64,000 nt of DNA from Tubiluchus corallicola (GCA_030141605.1 JAQGDQ010000543.1:62001-126000); one strand, 5' to 3'; positions 30,480 to 56,250 are shown, counted from the first letter of the stretch. Numbers and translations are program-made. The notes: generated by a model not told the origin, from the sequence alone.

Positions 30480-31151
30480 AGCACAAGAAAACCCTCCACT
30501 TACATAAGGGTTAAAAAATTCGTCTTGAAATTTTATACCAGTGACGTACTGCATACAGGGCTTGCATCGGCAGTAACGCTGTATAAAACTTGTAAGTCTA
30601 AACTCTCACGATGACCGTTAAGCGCAGCCATTTTTATGGTAGGTCATTTGAAACAAGTTTTGATAACATTGTGTAAAGTTTGAAAAAAATAATCAGAGCA
30701 TTCGTAGCGCACATGTTACTAACTAAGTAAAATTTTAAATTACTGTATCTTGTCAATAAGACTAAAAATACGTTTTTGGTTAGAGAGTGGTGCACCCTGG
30801 AGGGTGAGTCAGCGACATTTTACCAATTGGTGAAAACATTTTAAATAATTAATAATTTCCTTTTGTAGTTACATAAGTCTTTCCAGCGGGTAAGTGAAAT
30901 ACTAAGTAATACAGATTTGCACGGAAAGTTTTTTGGGACATAATTTAACACTTCCCTTTCTTCCCCTGATTTACATTGTGCCTATATGACGTCATGTAAT
31001 GGCGCGGTCCGTACAGTGTCGTGAGAAATTTAAAACGAAAACAAACAAAAAAGCCTTTCAATGCGAGTAAGATATACGCATAAAATTGCTGTAAAGTCAT
31101 ATAATTTTTTAACGCGATTTTTCTGAAACCTACTTCAGGTACCCTTGTCCT
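30480..31151 (+). mobile_element. Kolobok-like TTAA MITE family 1 copy
   Basis: AGCACAAGAAAACCCTCCACTTAC ... CCCTTGTCCT|TTAA. Confidence 0.75.
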
Positions 31152-31671
31152 TTAATTCTCATTGCTGTGATATAATTACTAACATGATTTTGCACAGTAT
31201 CCACGCAAAACCTAGAGACAGACTACACTATTAAATAAATATATGTGATAATAGTTAAAGACTAGACTCTTAATAGGAAAAATACATCACATACTTGTTA
31301 AAAGCAAATGTGACCAGTGCAGATGTGACTTGTCACTCAACGATAGAGCTCACGGTACATGATTGTGGCAAGACTGGTAAGTAGCTCGCTATCAATGATA
31401 AACATGCATCGTGCATCTGCGGCGTAAATTCCCGGAGCAGCATGGCAAGTGGATCGCCCGGAAGCATTTCTCCCAGCAGCCACTCATCCATTTACTAAAC
31501 GGGACCGGCATGCGCACAACTTTACAACCAAACACGAACGGTGACTGCTCAGCCGTTTCCCTCATTCTACGGCAATAAGGTCAGGAAACGAAGAACTTTT
31601 TAAAACGAAATCCAACGAGTTTTCACGAGTCAAAGTAACGCTAATTAACGACTTTTTCAATTGCGTCTTAA

Positions 31672-32104
31672 CCCTTTCATACCCGTCGTATCACGTGGGA
31701 TGCGAGAATATTTTCTGCCTTTAATAAAATTTTAAAACTGACAGTTATTTGATCTGTTAATAGTTATTTTGATTTAAGCCAATAACAATAGACTAAAAAT
31801 AGTGATAAAATGGCAAACTAGAAAATCTACATAGCATAAAAAACTGTGCAATGTACAGTACTTTAGAGACGACTTTGTACAGATCAGCATAGCATGCATA
31901 CTAAATGTCTTAAATACTTTAAAAAATTATCAGCAGTTGCAAAATGCAACACATTTTTTGCTTTTGTTGTGTTTTTAAAAAAGTCGAACTTTGTTTTTTT
32001 GCACACGACAAAGAATGTTCTGTATCCCACAGGATGCATTGGGAACAAAAGTACCAAGCCGAAAAATTTTTTCTTATTAAAAAAATAATTTGGGACTGAA
32101 AGGG
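31672..32104. mobile_element. piggyBac-like MITE, same family as 9688-10140, opposite orientation
   Basis: TTAA|CCCTTTCA ... TGAAAGGG|TTAA; internal sequence is the reverse complement of the 9.7-kb copy. Confidence 0.8.
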
Positions 32105-32744
32105 TTAACATAAAAAAACAAACACACACTGCTAGCAGACTAACAAAAAACAGTTAGTCAGACTAACACAAAATTGTTAGTCGAGCAAAAATGATTATTC
32201 GTGCCGACATTTTAAGCAAAAAGTAAATAAAAACAACGTTAATAATAAATACCTTCCCCAAATGACCTTCTCTATCCTCTCCGCACGCTGTACACGCTTA
32301 TCGATACAAGATCAAATCGGCCACTAGGTCACTAATTATGTTTCTTATGCATAATTAACGATCTGCAAAAGGCAGTTTGATTTTCCACAGGGAGAGACAA
32401 TCTCTAACGCACGTTTCGGAAGGTCATACGATGCTTTCATACATTACAACAAGCATGTTTCGGAAGGTCATACGATGCTTTCATACATTACAACAAGCAC
32501 GTTTCGGAAGGTCATACGATGCTTTCATACATTACAACAGGCACCAGTCGTTAAATCGACTCATTTTATCGAGTCGTCCAAATTTAGGAAAAATCACGAA
32601 ATTGAAAATCGTAAGATCGTAATGCCAAGCGTATTATAAAAAAGCAGCATCATAGATTAGTAATAAATAAAACTGTTTGAATGTGACTAATTAAAGGCTA
32701 AAGTTTACGAATCCCCATGCATAAGAAATTGGTTTGTGATGTGG

Positions 32745-33594
32745 ATTAGGGTTAGGGTTAGGATTAGTGTTGGGTTAGGGTTAGGATTAGTGTTGGGTTA
32801 GGGTTAGTGTTGTGTTAGGGTTAGGATTAGTGTTGGGTTAGGGTTAGGATTAGTGTTGGGTAAGGGTTAGGATTAGGGTTAGGATTAGTGTTGGGATAGG
32901 ATTAGTGTTGTGTTAGGGTTAGGATTAGTGTTGGGTTAGGGTTAGGATTAGTGTTGGGTAAGGGTTAGGGTTAGGATTAGTGTTGGGTTAGGATTAGTGT
33001 TGTGTTAGGGTTAGGATTAGTGTTGGGTTAGGGTTAGGATTAGTGTTGGGTAAGGGTTAGGATTAGGGTTAGGATTAGTGTTGGGTTAGGGTTAGGATTA
33101 GTGTTGGGTAAGGGTTAGGATTAGGGTTAGGATTAGTGTTGGGATAGGATTAGTGTTGTGTTAGGGTTAGGATTAGTGTTGGGTTAGGGTTAGGATTAGT
33201 GTTGGGTAAGGGTTAGGATTAGGGTTAGGATTAGTGTTGGGTTAGGATTAGTGTTGTAATAGGGTTAGGATTAGTGTTGGGTTAGGGTTAGGATTAGTGT
33301 TGTAATAGGGTTAGGATTAGTGTTGGGTTAGGGTTAGGATTAGTGTTGGGTAAGGGTTAGGATTAGGGTTAGGATTAGTGTTGGGTTAGGATTAGTGTTG
33401 TAATAGGGTTAGGATTAGTGTTGGGTTAGGATTAGTGTTGTAATAGGGTTAGGATTAGTGTTGGGTTAGGATTAGTGTTGTGATAGGGTTAGGATTAGTG
33501 TTGGGTTAGGGTTAGGATTAGTGTTGGGTTAGGGTTAGGATTAGTATTGTGTTAGGATTAGTGTTGGGTTAGGTTTAATATCAGGGTTAGTGTT
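32745..33594 (+). repeat. Interstitial telomere-like array (TTAGGG/TTAGGA/TTAGTG/TTGGG)
   Basis: ~850 bp; dominant 23-bp higher-order unit TTAGGGTTAGGATTAGTGTTGGG. Confidence 0.92.
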
Positions 33595-35679
33595 AAAGAC
33601 CAGCATCGTAGATTAGTAATAAATAAAACTGTTTAAGTGTGAATAATTAAAGGCTAAAGTTTACAAATCCCCATGTGCAAGAAATTAGTTTATCAAGCGG
33701 ATTAGGGTTACGACTAATATTAGGTAATATTACCCTACATTCAGTTGGTGCTCGGGAATTATCCCTGACATAACGGGATGAGTTTGGGCGTTAATACAAG
33801 TCCAAAATATCCAACATATTAACAGTAAGTATCGATACTTTCCCAAATTCGATTACAACTAACGATATGATTAATTATTTATGACTAATTAATTAACTTG
33901 CCCCCTCCCCCACTTAATTTTCACCCTTCCTGTAACATACTATTCACGTCACTCGTGTAAAAAACTCTGTACACATATAATATCGCATATATAGGTACTA
34001 GGTAGTCTTTGATCTCGGTTCTTGGCTGTTTGTTCTCTCCATATACAAGACTTACTTCGTCAAAGCAAACATATTATGCGGACCGTAGTACACTTTTCAA
34101 ACAAAATAACTAAAGTTACTGAACTGACGCGTCAGACGGCTTTGCTTTACCGGCTGCAGTTGAGATGCGTTGCTGTGGTACACTTAGCCTTTGACCTACG
34201 ACAACAGTTCGCGCAAAACAGCTGAAGTTACTGAACCGATATGGCAGACCGCTTTACAAAGAAAAATGCACTATCATGCGCGATGATGGATTAAAATGCT
34301 GCAACAGTAAGTAGTGGGGAAACTTCACAAGGTTGTTTAATAGACCATCCAAAGGTTTTGACCCTCGTCCATTTGTCCATAACGTACGAAATGCATCAGA
34401 AGACGGTTTATACACGTGTAATGTACATTCATAAGCACGTCATTAGTCGCCTGAAAAGCAAAAATGTCAAAAAATAAAGACGAAGCCACATCTGAAATGA
34501 AGCCAACTTCAAAATTGTACAAAAGTGCAGATCGGATTTTCATCTTAAAATTTTCAGAGCAAAAATCATAAATATTAAACATCCAATTCTATGTAGACAA
34601 AAAGAACATGTTACTAACTTGTCTCTGTTTTAGTTACCGAATCTAGTGCTAATTTTATTCAGTAACAAACATGGCTGCTTTCAGCCACAATTTTAGTTTT
34701 GTGCTTTTACCTAAATTTTTGATATAATTGCAGAAGTAGACACTGAAGAGCTCTGCTGAAAACTCTTATGTCTTTCATTTTAGTTACTGTATGATTGCAA
34801 ATACCACGTAAAATAACTAAAGTTACTGAACCGATGCGTTAGATGGCTTTGCTTTACCCACATGTCACGTGACGGTGTGCATGACTGCATGTACCTGTAC
34901 ACTGCGCAATAAATGCTGAAACTTTACCATCATCGTCTTAGTATCATTTAGAGCGTTCTTGAAATTCTCTCCCGCCAAAAATCTGTTTGACAAAAAATTA
35001 CTAAAAAGAGGGGTTTTCTAAAAAAGAATGATCGAACGTCCTTGATGGAGCTTAGCAATGGATGGGTACAGATGCAGTGGCGCAGCTAAAGGGGAACTAT
35101 TATCACTATTATCACTAAATATATGAAAGAACCAGCTTCTAGGAGTCACCATGGTTGCTGAGCGACACGATCGTTTTGGCTACTGAAGCCATTATCAAAG
35201 TTTAGATGAAGCCAAAACGAAGAACAAATCTCTTATATTAATATTCTTGGTATATATATTTATTTATTTATATATATATATAAGATTCGAGGCTACAGCC
35301 CGGACGAGGGCACCATTTTAATACATTAATGACGCAAAGGCACAAGATCCTGCTAATATGATCACTCTACGCCACAGACTAATGTATAATTAAATAAAAT
35401 CCACGTAAAACAAGTGACGTTACTGAACTGATGCGACACACAGCCTTGCTTTACCCACATGTCACGTAACGGCTGCAGTTAAGACGCGTTGCTGTGGAAA
35501 CACTTAGCCTTTGACCTACAACAACAGTCCACGCAAAACGACTGAAGTTACTGAACCGATATGGCAGACGGCCTTGCTTTACACACAAGTCGGCTGTAGT
35601 TACTTAACCTACGACCTACAGCGACCGCGCGTGCGCACGACGAAACGAAACCGCGAGAAGGCTTATTATTGACGGGTAC

Positions 35680-49273
<13,594 letters not shown>

Positions 49274-49451
49274 CGTGGCGGGGGTGAGGCGTGTTCAGTA
49301 GATCAACTCATTTTCTGTAAATACAAACATCAGTTTAACACTTAATAGGAAAATATATTTCTTAAAGCTAGGTTCCGATCACTCCACAACTATCAACACT
49401 AAGGAAGCTCTGTTACCGAGTGTTGGTCCACAAGCTACAACCGTCGTGTGA

Positions 49452-49676
49452 CATTTTTGTTCCCAAGCAAGATCCTACTAGTAAATCACTCTACGCACAG
49501 ATTAGTACATAATTAAGTCCACGTAAAACAACTGAAGTTGCTGAACTGATGCGACAGACGTCTTTGCTTTACCCGCATCAGTTCAGCAACTTCAGTTGTT
49601 TTACGTGGACTTAATTATGTATTAAACTGTGCGTAGAGTGATTTACTAGTAGGATCTTGCTTGGGAACAAAAAATG
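49452..49676. repeat. Near-perfect palindrome (~102-bp arms, 20-nt loop)
   Basis: ...CAACTGAAGTTGCTGAACTGATGCG [loop 49554-49573] CGCATCAGTTCAGCAACTTCAGTTG... Confidence 0.92.
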
Positions 49677-50021
49677 AACTAGGCAAGGTTCTAGCTAGCT
49701 GTTAAAACTGTTACTATTACAACAGCATGGGCTGCGAAGCGTTGTCAAGTGTATACAAATGCATTTTCTGTAGACTTAACCTTTGACCTTTTTACGATCA
49801 TCATCAATCGCTGAAACTGTGAGAAGGTTTATTAAATGAAAACACGGATATTCACTTTACGTTGATCTACATACAGTATATACCAATTTTTACCTCTTTA
49901 TTATAAAGAGGGTTGTAGCCTGGATACCATGCTACGAGAAAGAGTAGATTTGTTTCGACAAAATAGCTCGACAAATACTAAAAATCACCTAAAAAGTACT
50001 GATACAGATACCATAACACGA

Positions 50022-50420
50022 TTATTGACGGTCTCTCCTCAAGAATTTGGGAAAATACGGTAGATTTGATACTTCAACTGTTTCACTATTAAGTGAATTC
50101 CAAGGGCCCACAACACGAGAAGGGAAGAAATGAGCTCTGATATTAGTGCGAGAGTATTGTACAAATAATTTAAAGTCGTATCTACGTAAATCACATAGTG
50201 ATCTAGAAAAAAATTTGACACTACACAAAATAGAACTGCCACTAATGACTTTATAATAGTTAATAAGCTCTATAGTACCACAGCGTTGTTCAAGAGAAGA
50301 TACAGAGTCAGAATGAATATGAGAAGCCAGACTAATACACCTAGAATGTGTTCTTTCAAAAGCATTTTCTACAGTAACAAGCAGTGGTAACCAAACAATG
50401 CACACATATTCAAATGTTGG
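50022..50420 (-). mobile_element. CR1-group LINE 3' remnant
   Basis: ...SLEQR...YYKVISG...KLFVQYSRTNIRAHFFPSRVVGPWNSL, the typical CR1 ORF2 C-terminus. Confidence 0.75.
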
Positions 50421-50489
50421 TTGAACTACAACAACAATAGGCCTACTGTTTCTCATCTTATTCTGACAGAGTTTTTCCCAGGCCTCATA

Positions 50490-50670
50490 GAGTTGTTTGT
50501 GAATCGTGGTCTCGAGTGTAAGTTATTTGTGCAACCAGCTAGAACCAACATCAGATCTCACTTTTCTGGGAATCGTGTAGTTCAGCCATGGAATCATCTT
50601 TCATTATCAGCCATTAGCGCTTTATCAGTTGACAGTTTCAAAAAACATTTGAGAGAGGACCGTTTACAGA
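50490..50670 (+). mobile_element. CR1-group LINE 3' remnant (a third, degenerate one at ~51350-51520)
   Basis: RGLECKLFVQPARTNIRSHFSGNRVVQPWNHLSLSAISALSVDSFKKHL. Confidence 0.75.
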
Positions 50671-50791
50671 TAGGTACGATTTCTTTGGATAAAGTATTTT
50701 TTGAGTAACGTATGTATCTCAGCACATAAACAACTTTGAAAACTTGAACTCGAAACAGCAATTTCGAATGCAACGAGAAAGTTGAACTTAC

Positions 50792-51089
50792 ATTGCTCGA
50801 AGAGAGTCAGTTAGCTCTAGTTTTCAAGAGTTTATTTCATATTTCTCTGCAGAATTGTTTTTCCTTTATTCGTTCTTGAAAGCGAGTTAAGTGCTACACA
50901 ACTTAGTCATTCACATTTTGGTCTTAGAAAACCGGAAGAAGTTGAAAAACCAGAAGCTGAAAAACAGATCTGCCCTTAGATGCGAAGATTTCTCATATTT
51001 GTTGAGGATTGGTATACGAAAATCTGGTTATTTCAACTACGAATTCAGTATACATTGTAATTCTGCATAATACTAACTATATTGCGACG
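50792..51089. promoter_or_regulatory. Putative bidirectional promoter / non-coding first exons of SLC16 (-) and DCAF13 (+)
   Basis: Outward-facing donor-like sites (minus GTAAGT at 50791, plus GTACGG at 51090) flank an ETS-like ACCGGAAG at ~50931. Both genes have a UTR acceptor just before the ATG (49315-49316; 52586-52587). Inference only. Confidence 0.4.
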
Positions 51090-52634
51090 GTACGGTTTAG
51101 TATTTGTACAAATTAAGCTTAGTAAGATGTGTTAGAGCTGTGAAATTGATTTTTGTAAAGAGTTGATATTTTGGGAGGCGTGAAATTGGAAGCCGCTGTA
51201 ATTTTGTGGTAGGCGGAATCGATTATTCGCCTGCAAGTCTCTGGTATAGATTACTTTGCTAAGTAATCCAATTCTACACAGTTACTTTTGGTCTATGAAA
51301 GTAATTCACAGTCATTTGAAGTACAAAAAATGAAAACGCGTTTGAAATCATTTTCTCTAACTCGAGGACATAGTTTAAAACTGCTTAAAGAGCTGCCACA
51401 TCTCGACATTGTCAAAATTCATTTATTGTGAGAATAGTGGGCGAATGAATTAATCTGCGTGTCTTGATAATTGCCTTGCCAACCGTAGTAAAGTTTAAAA
51501 TCCTAATCGACAATTATTTTATGGGAAAATACGGGCTTTCTATGAGTGTACTTGCTTAACGCCTATTCATGACAGTATAACCCAGGACGTAAAAACTAAA
51601 CACTCTCAAAGCAGAAAGCTTGCATACCTTCAGACAGTGAGTTGGCATGCACGTATAGTCCACGCTTCCTGCTGTGCTGTGACAAAACGCAGTTAGTATT
51701 TTACTCTGTTGTAAGCCAGCATGTCACTCTTCATGAGTGCCTGACATCTGATAAACAAACGACTATTAGCAATATAAGGTAAGACTGCTGGCTAATGTGC
51801 ACTTTCGATATCTGCACAGAAAATAGGCTTTAAACAAGTGTGACTCACAGTTTTTAGTAAATCGCATTTTTGTAATAGAGCGAAAAATTCTATTTCATGT
51901 GCAATTAAGCATTTCATTGTAGATAACTTCGGAACTTCGCGACAACTATAGATTTCATGGAACTTTGTAAGGAAAAATGTGACTCTGTATTTTTTTATTA
52001 TAAAGCAGTAAGATCTAGTAATGTTCCCAAGATCTTATATCAGTTGAAAGAGCGTTTTCTTTTCTAAGTACTTCTATGTTTTACTGTAAAATAAGACTGA
52101 CAATAAAAATACTTTTGTTTCTGAACAGCAGCTCATGATCATGGTTATCACGGTACCGCCTTCTATTTGTCGGCTACACGAATGTGACAAAAAGGCGTCG
52201 CTGCCAATCTTAGTAGATTTCTATTTTGAAAATCCGAGGTTATTATTATATATATAATAAGGCGCAAAACTAAGGCCTAATTATATACAGTAAATGAACA
52301 TATTTACAAACACCATATTAAAATATTTTTCCAAGACAATATTACAAAAGTACATTAAATTTTACATGACACATTTTACACAATATACATTTGACATGAC
52401 ACAATTAACAGAAACATGCTTTACATTACATAAATTTCACTATTTACATTTACACTATTTATACAATTTAAGCTTTGATTTAAAAAAGCTATTGTAGTTT
52501 TCAATATTTTAGAGCATTCTTTATTCTGAACTCGTGTTTACACAATAACCCGGTTTTCCTTTAAACCAGTTATACATTTTTTTCAGACGTTTACAGTAGC
52601 CGATTGCGACTGTTTATTTATCAATGGTTAAAAC

Positions 52635-53963
52635 ATGAAGGTGAAAGTGTTGGTGCGAAATCCCGACGATTACGGCCGAGAGACAAAGAGAGACGTTTTC
52701 AAGATTCCCAGGAACTTCGATCCTAAGATACATCCATTCGATGTCGCAAGAGAATACACACGTGCTCTCAATGCCACGAAGTTAGACCGAGTTTTTGCCA
52801 AACCATTTGTCGGCGCATTGGAGGGACATCGCGATGCCGTGCACTGCATTTCGAAGCATCCGAAGAGTCTTTCAACACTTTTTTCTGGAGCTTGCGACGG
52901 AGAAGTTAAGATATGGAACTTAGCGCGCAAGAAGTGCATCAGTACCGTCTCCGCACATACGGGATTCGTTCGCGGCATTTGCACAGTTCCCGACGGATCT
53001 TCGTTTTTTACCGTTGGTGACGATAAGCTAATTAAACAGTGGAGGACGGATCTTTCGCATTCCGCGGATCCAGTTTCCACGATCGTGGGGAAGACGATGT
53101 TCACCGGAATCGACCATCATTGGAAAGATTCGATTTTCGCCACCTGCGGAGATCGCGTCGACATTTGGGACGAGTCGAGAATTGAGCCGATTCGGAGTTT
53201 CACCTGGGGCTGCGATAGCATCACGACTCTTAAATTTAATCAAGTGGAAACCAACATCTTGGCAAGTTGCGCCAGCGACAGGAACATTGTCTTGTACGAC
53301 ATGAGGGGGTCCACTCCCTTACGGAAAGTGATTTTAGATCTGAGAAGCAACGCGATCGCGTGGAATCCAATGGAGACGTTCATCTTCACCGTAGCCAATG
53401 AAGATTACAATTTATATTCCTTCGATATGCGAAAACTGTCGTCGCCTGTCAACATCCACATGGATCACGTAGCCGCCGTGCTGGATGTAGACTATGCGCC
53501 CACGGGCAAGGAGATCGTTTCCGGAAGCTTCGACAAAACCATCAGAATTTTCCCGGCCGGTAAAGGTAGAAGTCGTGAAGTGTATCATACAAAGCGAATG
53601 CAGCGGGTGTCCTGCGTCCGCTGGTCGACGGACAATAAGTACATATTATCCGGCTCGGACGAAATGAACATCAGAATTTGGAAGAGCCGCGCTTCGGAAA
53701 AGCTCGGCGCCGTTAAGACGCGCGAAAAAATGTCACTTCAGTACAGCGAGAAACTGCAAGAGAAGTTCGCGCACCATCCTCAGGTGAGACGCATAGCCCG
53801 CCATCGTCATCTACCTACACCCATCTACCACGCCGCTAAAGAGTTGAGGACTATTCGCGAATCGCGGAAGCGAAAAGAGGCCAACCGTCGTGCGCACAGT
53901 AAGCCCGGGTCTGTGCCCTACGTGAGCGAAAGAGAAAAGCACATTATCGCGGAACACGAGTGA
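52635..53963 (+). CDS. DCAF13: DDB1- and CUL4-associated factor 13 (WDSOF1/Sof1), WD40 SSU-processome protein; CDS uninterrupted
   Basis: 442-aa ORF: MKVKVL...REYTRALNATKLDRVFAKPF, WD40 repeats, SREVYHTKRMQRV, C-terminal Sof1 region RRIARHRHLP. Acceptor TTTTTTTCAG ending at 52587 suggests a 5'UTR intron. Confidence 0.96.
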   Translation: MKVKVLVRNPDDYGRETKRDVFKIPRNFDPKIHPFDVAREYTRALNATKLDRVFAKPFVGALEGHRDAVHCISKHPKSLSTLFSGACDGEVKIWNLARKKCISTVSAHTGFVRGICTVPDGSSFFTVGDDKLIKQWRTDLSHSADPVSTIVGKTMFTGIDHHWKDSIFATCGDRVDIWDESRIEPIRSFTWGCDSITTLKFNQVETNILASCASDRNIVLYDMRGSTPLRKVILDLRSNAIAWNPMETFIFTVANEDYNLYSFDMRKLSSPVNIHMDHVAAVLDVDYAPTGKEIVSGSFDKTIRIFPAGKGRSREVYHTKRMQRVSCVRWSTDNKYILSGSDEMNIRIWKSRASEKLGAVKTREKMSLQYSEKLQEKFAHHPQVRRIARHRHLPTPIYHAAKELRTIRESRKRKEANRRAHSKPGSVPYVSEREKHIIAEHE

Positions 53964-54085
53964 TGGTTGTACGGACGTGAACGAACAAGTCTTTCTTTGT
54001 TTTTCTTCACACTCTTTTGTCCTTATTACAAAATTCTTCCAAGTGTGCACTAACTAACTAATTCTGGCTTTCGTACAATTTTTAA

Positions 54086-54761
54086 AGCACAAGAAAACCC
54101 TCCACTTACATAAAGCTTAAAAAAATCGCCTTGACAAACTTACATACTGTCTCTTTGCGTGCAGGGCTTGCGTCAGCAGGAACGCTGTATAAAACGTGTA
54201 AATTAAAACTCCTGCGATGACCTTTAGGCGCAGCCATTTTGATGATAAGTCATTTGAAACAAGTTTAGATAACATTGAACAAAGTTTGAAAAAATAATCA
54301 GAGCATTCGTAGCACACATGTCACTGAGTAAAATTTAAAATTACTGCATCTTGTCAATAAGATTAAAAATACGTTTTTGGTTGGTGAGTAGTGCACGCTG
54401 GAGGGTGAGTCAGCGATATTTTACCAATTGGTGAAAGCATTTTAAATAATTAATAGTTTTCTTTTCTAATTATATAATATAAGTCTTTCCAGCTTGTAAG
54501 CGAAATGCTAAGTAATATAATTCTGCATGGAAAATTTTTTGTGACATAATTTAATATTTGCTTTTCTTCCCTTGATTTACTTTTGTGTAAATGACGTCAT
54601 CTAATGGTACAATCGGAACAGTATTGCGGCAGATTTAAAATGCAAACAAACAAAAAATCCTTTCAACACGAGTACTATATATGCATCAAATTGTTATAAA
54701 GTAATATAATTTTTAAGGCGATTTTTCTGAAACCTACTTCAGGTGCCCCTTCCTTTGTCGT
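54086..54761 (+). mobile_element. Kolobok-like TTAA MITE family 1 (other copies ~25551-26236, ~27281-27715, ~30480-31151, ~36766-37171, ~62858-63186)
   Basis: TTAA flanks; termini AG(C/G)ACAAGAAAA / TTTTCTTGTCCT; shared ~670-bp body containing GGAGGGTGAGTCAGCGACATTTTACCAATTGG. Confidence 0.75.
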
Positions 54762-55603
54762 TTAAGTAAACTCAGTTTATGTTTATGTTTTATAACATGG
54801 CTTAATTTTACTTAGAAAAAGCAAAATATTATACTGACAAAACCAGAAAATGATAGTATTTCATGATGGCTAAAATAATAAACGTGTATTGGAGAATGAT
54901 TTTAACAAAGAAGAGCGTGTGTCTTTTTTGTCTTTCTTATGTAGGAACCTCGTCGATTTTTTTGTACCATGAGTCAATTTCTGCAATAGGTAGTCTCTTG
55001 CATTTCTGTGATGTCTTGGCAATGCTAGCTTGCACGAGTTTATAATACACCACAGGCAGTTACTGAACAGAGCTTTTTTATAAGTGCCACATAACGAACA
55101 GGTACAAGATATTACACAACAAGTAGTTGTGCAGCCTACGTGAATATAATGACCACTTAGAAACTAGGTTAATGGCGTTTCTAATACACCACAGGTATTT
55201 CGCAATGAACATATAATTATATTAATTTGCCTGGCCAAAACGGGTGCCGGTATAACAGGTTATTTTTATATACAGTCATTTTGTTCTTGGTCGTTTTGCA
55301 GGCATTAAACAAGTTTGGCGGTAGAGCGGGCGGCAGTATAATGAGGCTTGACTGTATTCATTAATTGTGAGATTACACCATTACATTACTAATTTACATA
55401 TCTTATTTATAAATTGAATATCTCAACGCTCGCACATACACACTCTCACACATGCACGCACGCACAGTTAGCTACAAACATAAATTTTACAACATAGCGA
55501 TCTTGAAGGGTGGTGACAGCTTCTATAATGATTTATATGGGGCCACAATGAGCGAAAAACAGGAACGATTTTTCGTTTTTAATAGCTGTTATTGTTGGTG
55601 TCA

Positions 55604-55723
55604 TATCACAGCCATATCACGTTGAAAACACCGGTTCTCGCCTGATCACCGAAGTTAAGCAACATAGAGCCTGGTTAGTACTTGGATGGGTGACCGCCTA
55701 GAAATACCAGGTGCTGTAGGCTT
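55604..55723 (+). pseudogene. 5S rRNA-derived sequence (pseudogene or SINE3 head)
   Basis: GCCATATCACGTTGAAAACACCGGTTCTCG...GAAGTTAAGC...GGTTAGTACTTGGATGGGTGACCGCC...ATACCAGGTGCTGTAGGCTT matches metazoan 5S with boxes A/C. The 5' end is diverged, several C>T/G>A changes are present, there is no T4+ terminator, and it is the only copy in the window. Confidence 0.88.
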
Positions 55724-56000
55724 GCGGGATGCCCACACTGTATCTCGACACTGGGCGGAGGAGCTGCACAAGCAGCCAACGGCTAGAGGGCAGAGGAGGT
55801 CAATGACCCAACGGCCATGTGTAGAGGCGGAGGAGTAAACCTTCCAAATCAAGGCGGGCCAGTGCAGCATGCTCACTGACTCCGGCAGCTCCTACAGCCA
55901 ACCTGGTGCCAAACGTATCGCTCCGCTTTCCTTTGGACTACACCGGGGAGGAAGAGAGGGGGTACCTGTTTTCTGGGCAACTCCCAACTGCCGGAGCCAG
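55724..56000 (+). mobile_element. GC-rich body fused to the 5S head, resembling an RTE-clade LINE 5'UTR
   Basis: CAGCCAACCTGGTGCCAAACGTATCGCTCCGCTTTCCTTTGGACTACACCGGGGAGGAAGAGAGGGGG resembles RTE 5' regions from memory (not searched). Abrupt GC step relative to the flanks. Confidence 0.4.
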
Positions 56001-56250
56001 TAGTTCTAAACAGTTAATACATCTCATCTAGTTTCAGGTGCTATAGAATGCAAGCCATTATCATTCCTCATGCTTTGCCAATAACCTGTGGTTAAAAGGT
56101 ATGTAAGTATGCTACATGTGTCTTTGTGCTAATGTTGTTAAATGGACGTCGTTTGGTAAACAGATACTATGTTGAGTGTATGCGTATTGTTTTCGCATAA
56201 TGAGTTTATTCAATATTATTTATCACTATACATAAAAAGATCGGATACAG

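Noticed and set aside
32745-33594. Chromosome end or telomere fusion site
   Set aside because: Degenerate, single orientation, internal, and flanked by a duplicated unique unit.
34735-34775. Hammerhead ribozyme core CTGAAGA...GAAA
   Set aside because: Stem II has an extra base before GAAA, and stems I and III could not be formed convincingly.
55604-55723. Functional 5S rRNA gene
   Set aside because: Diverged 5' end, helix-breaking transitions, no oligo-T terminator, not arrayed.
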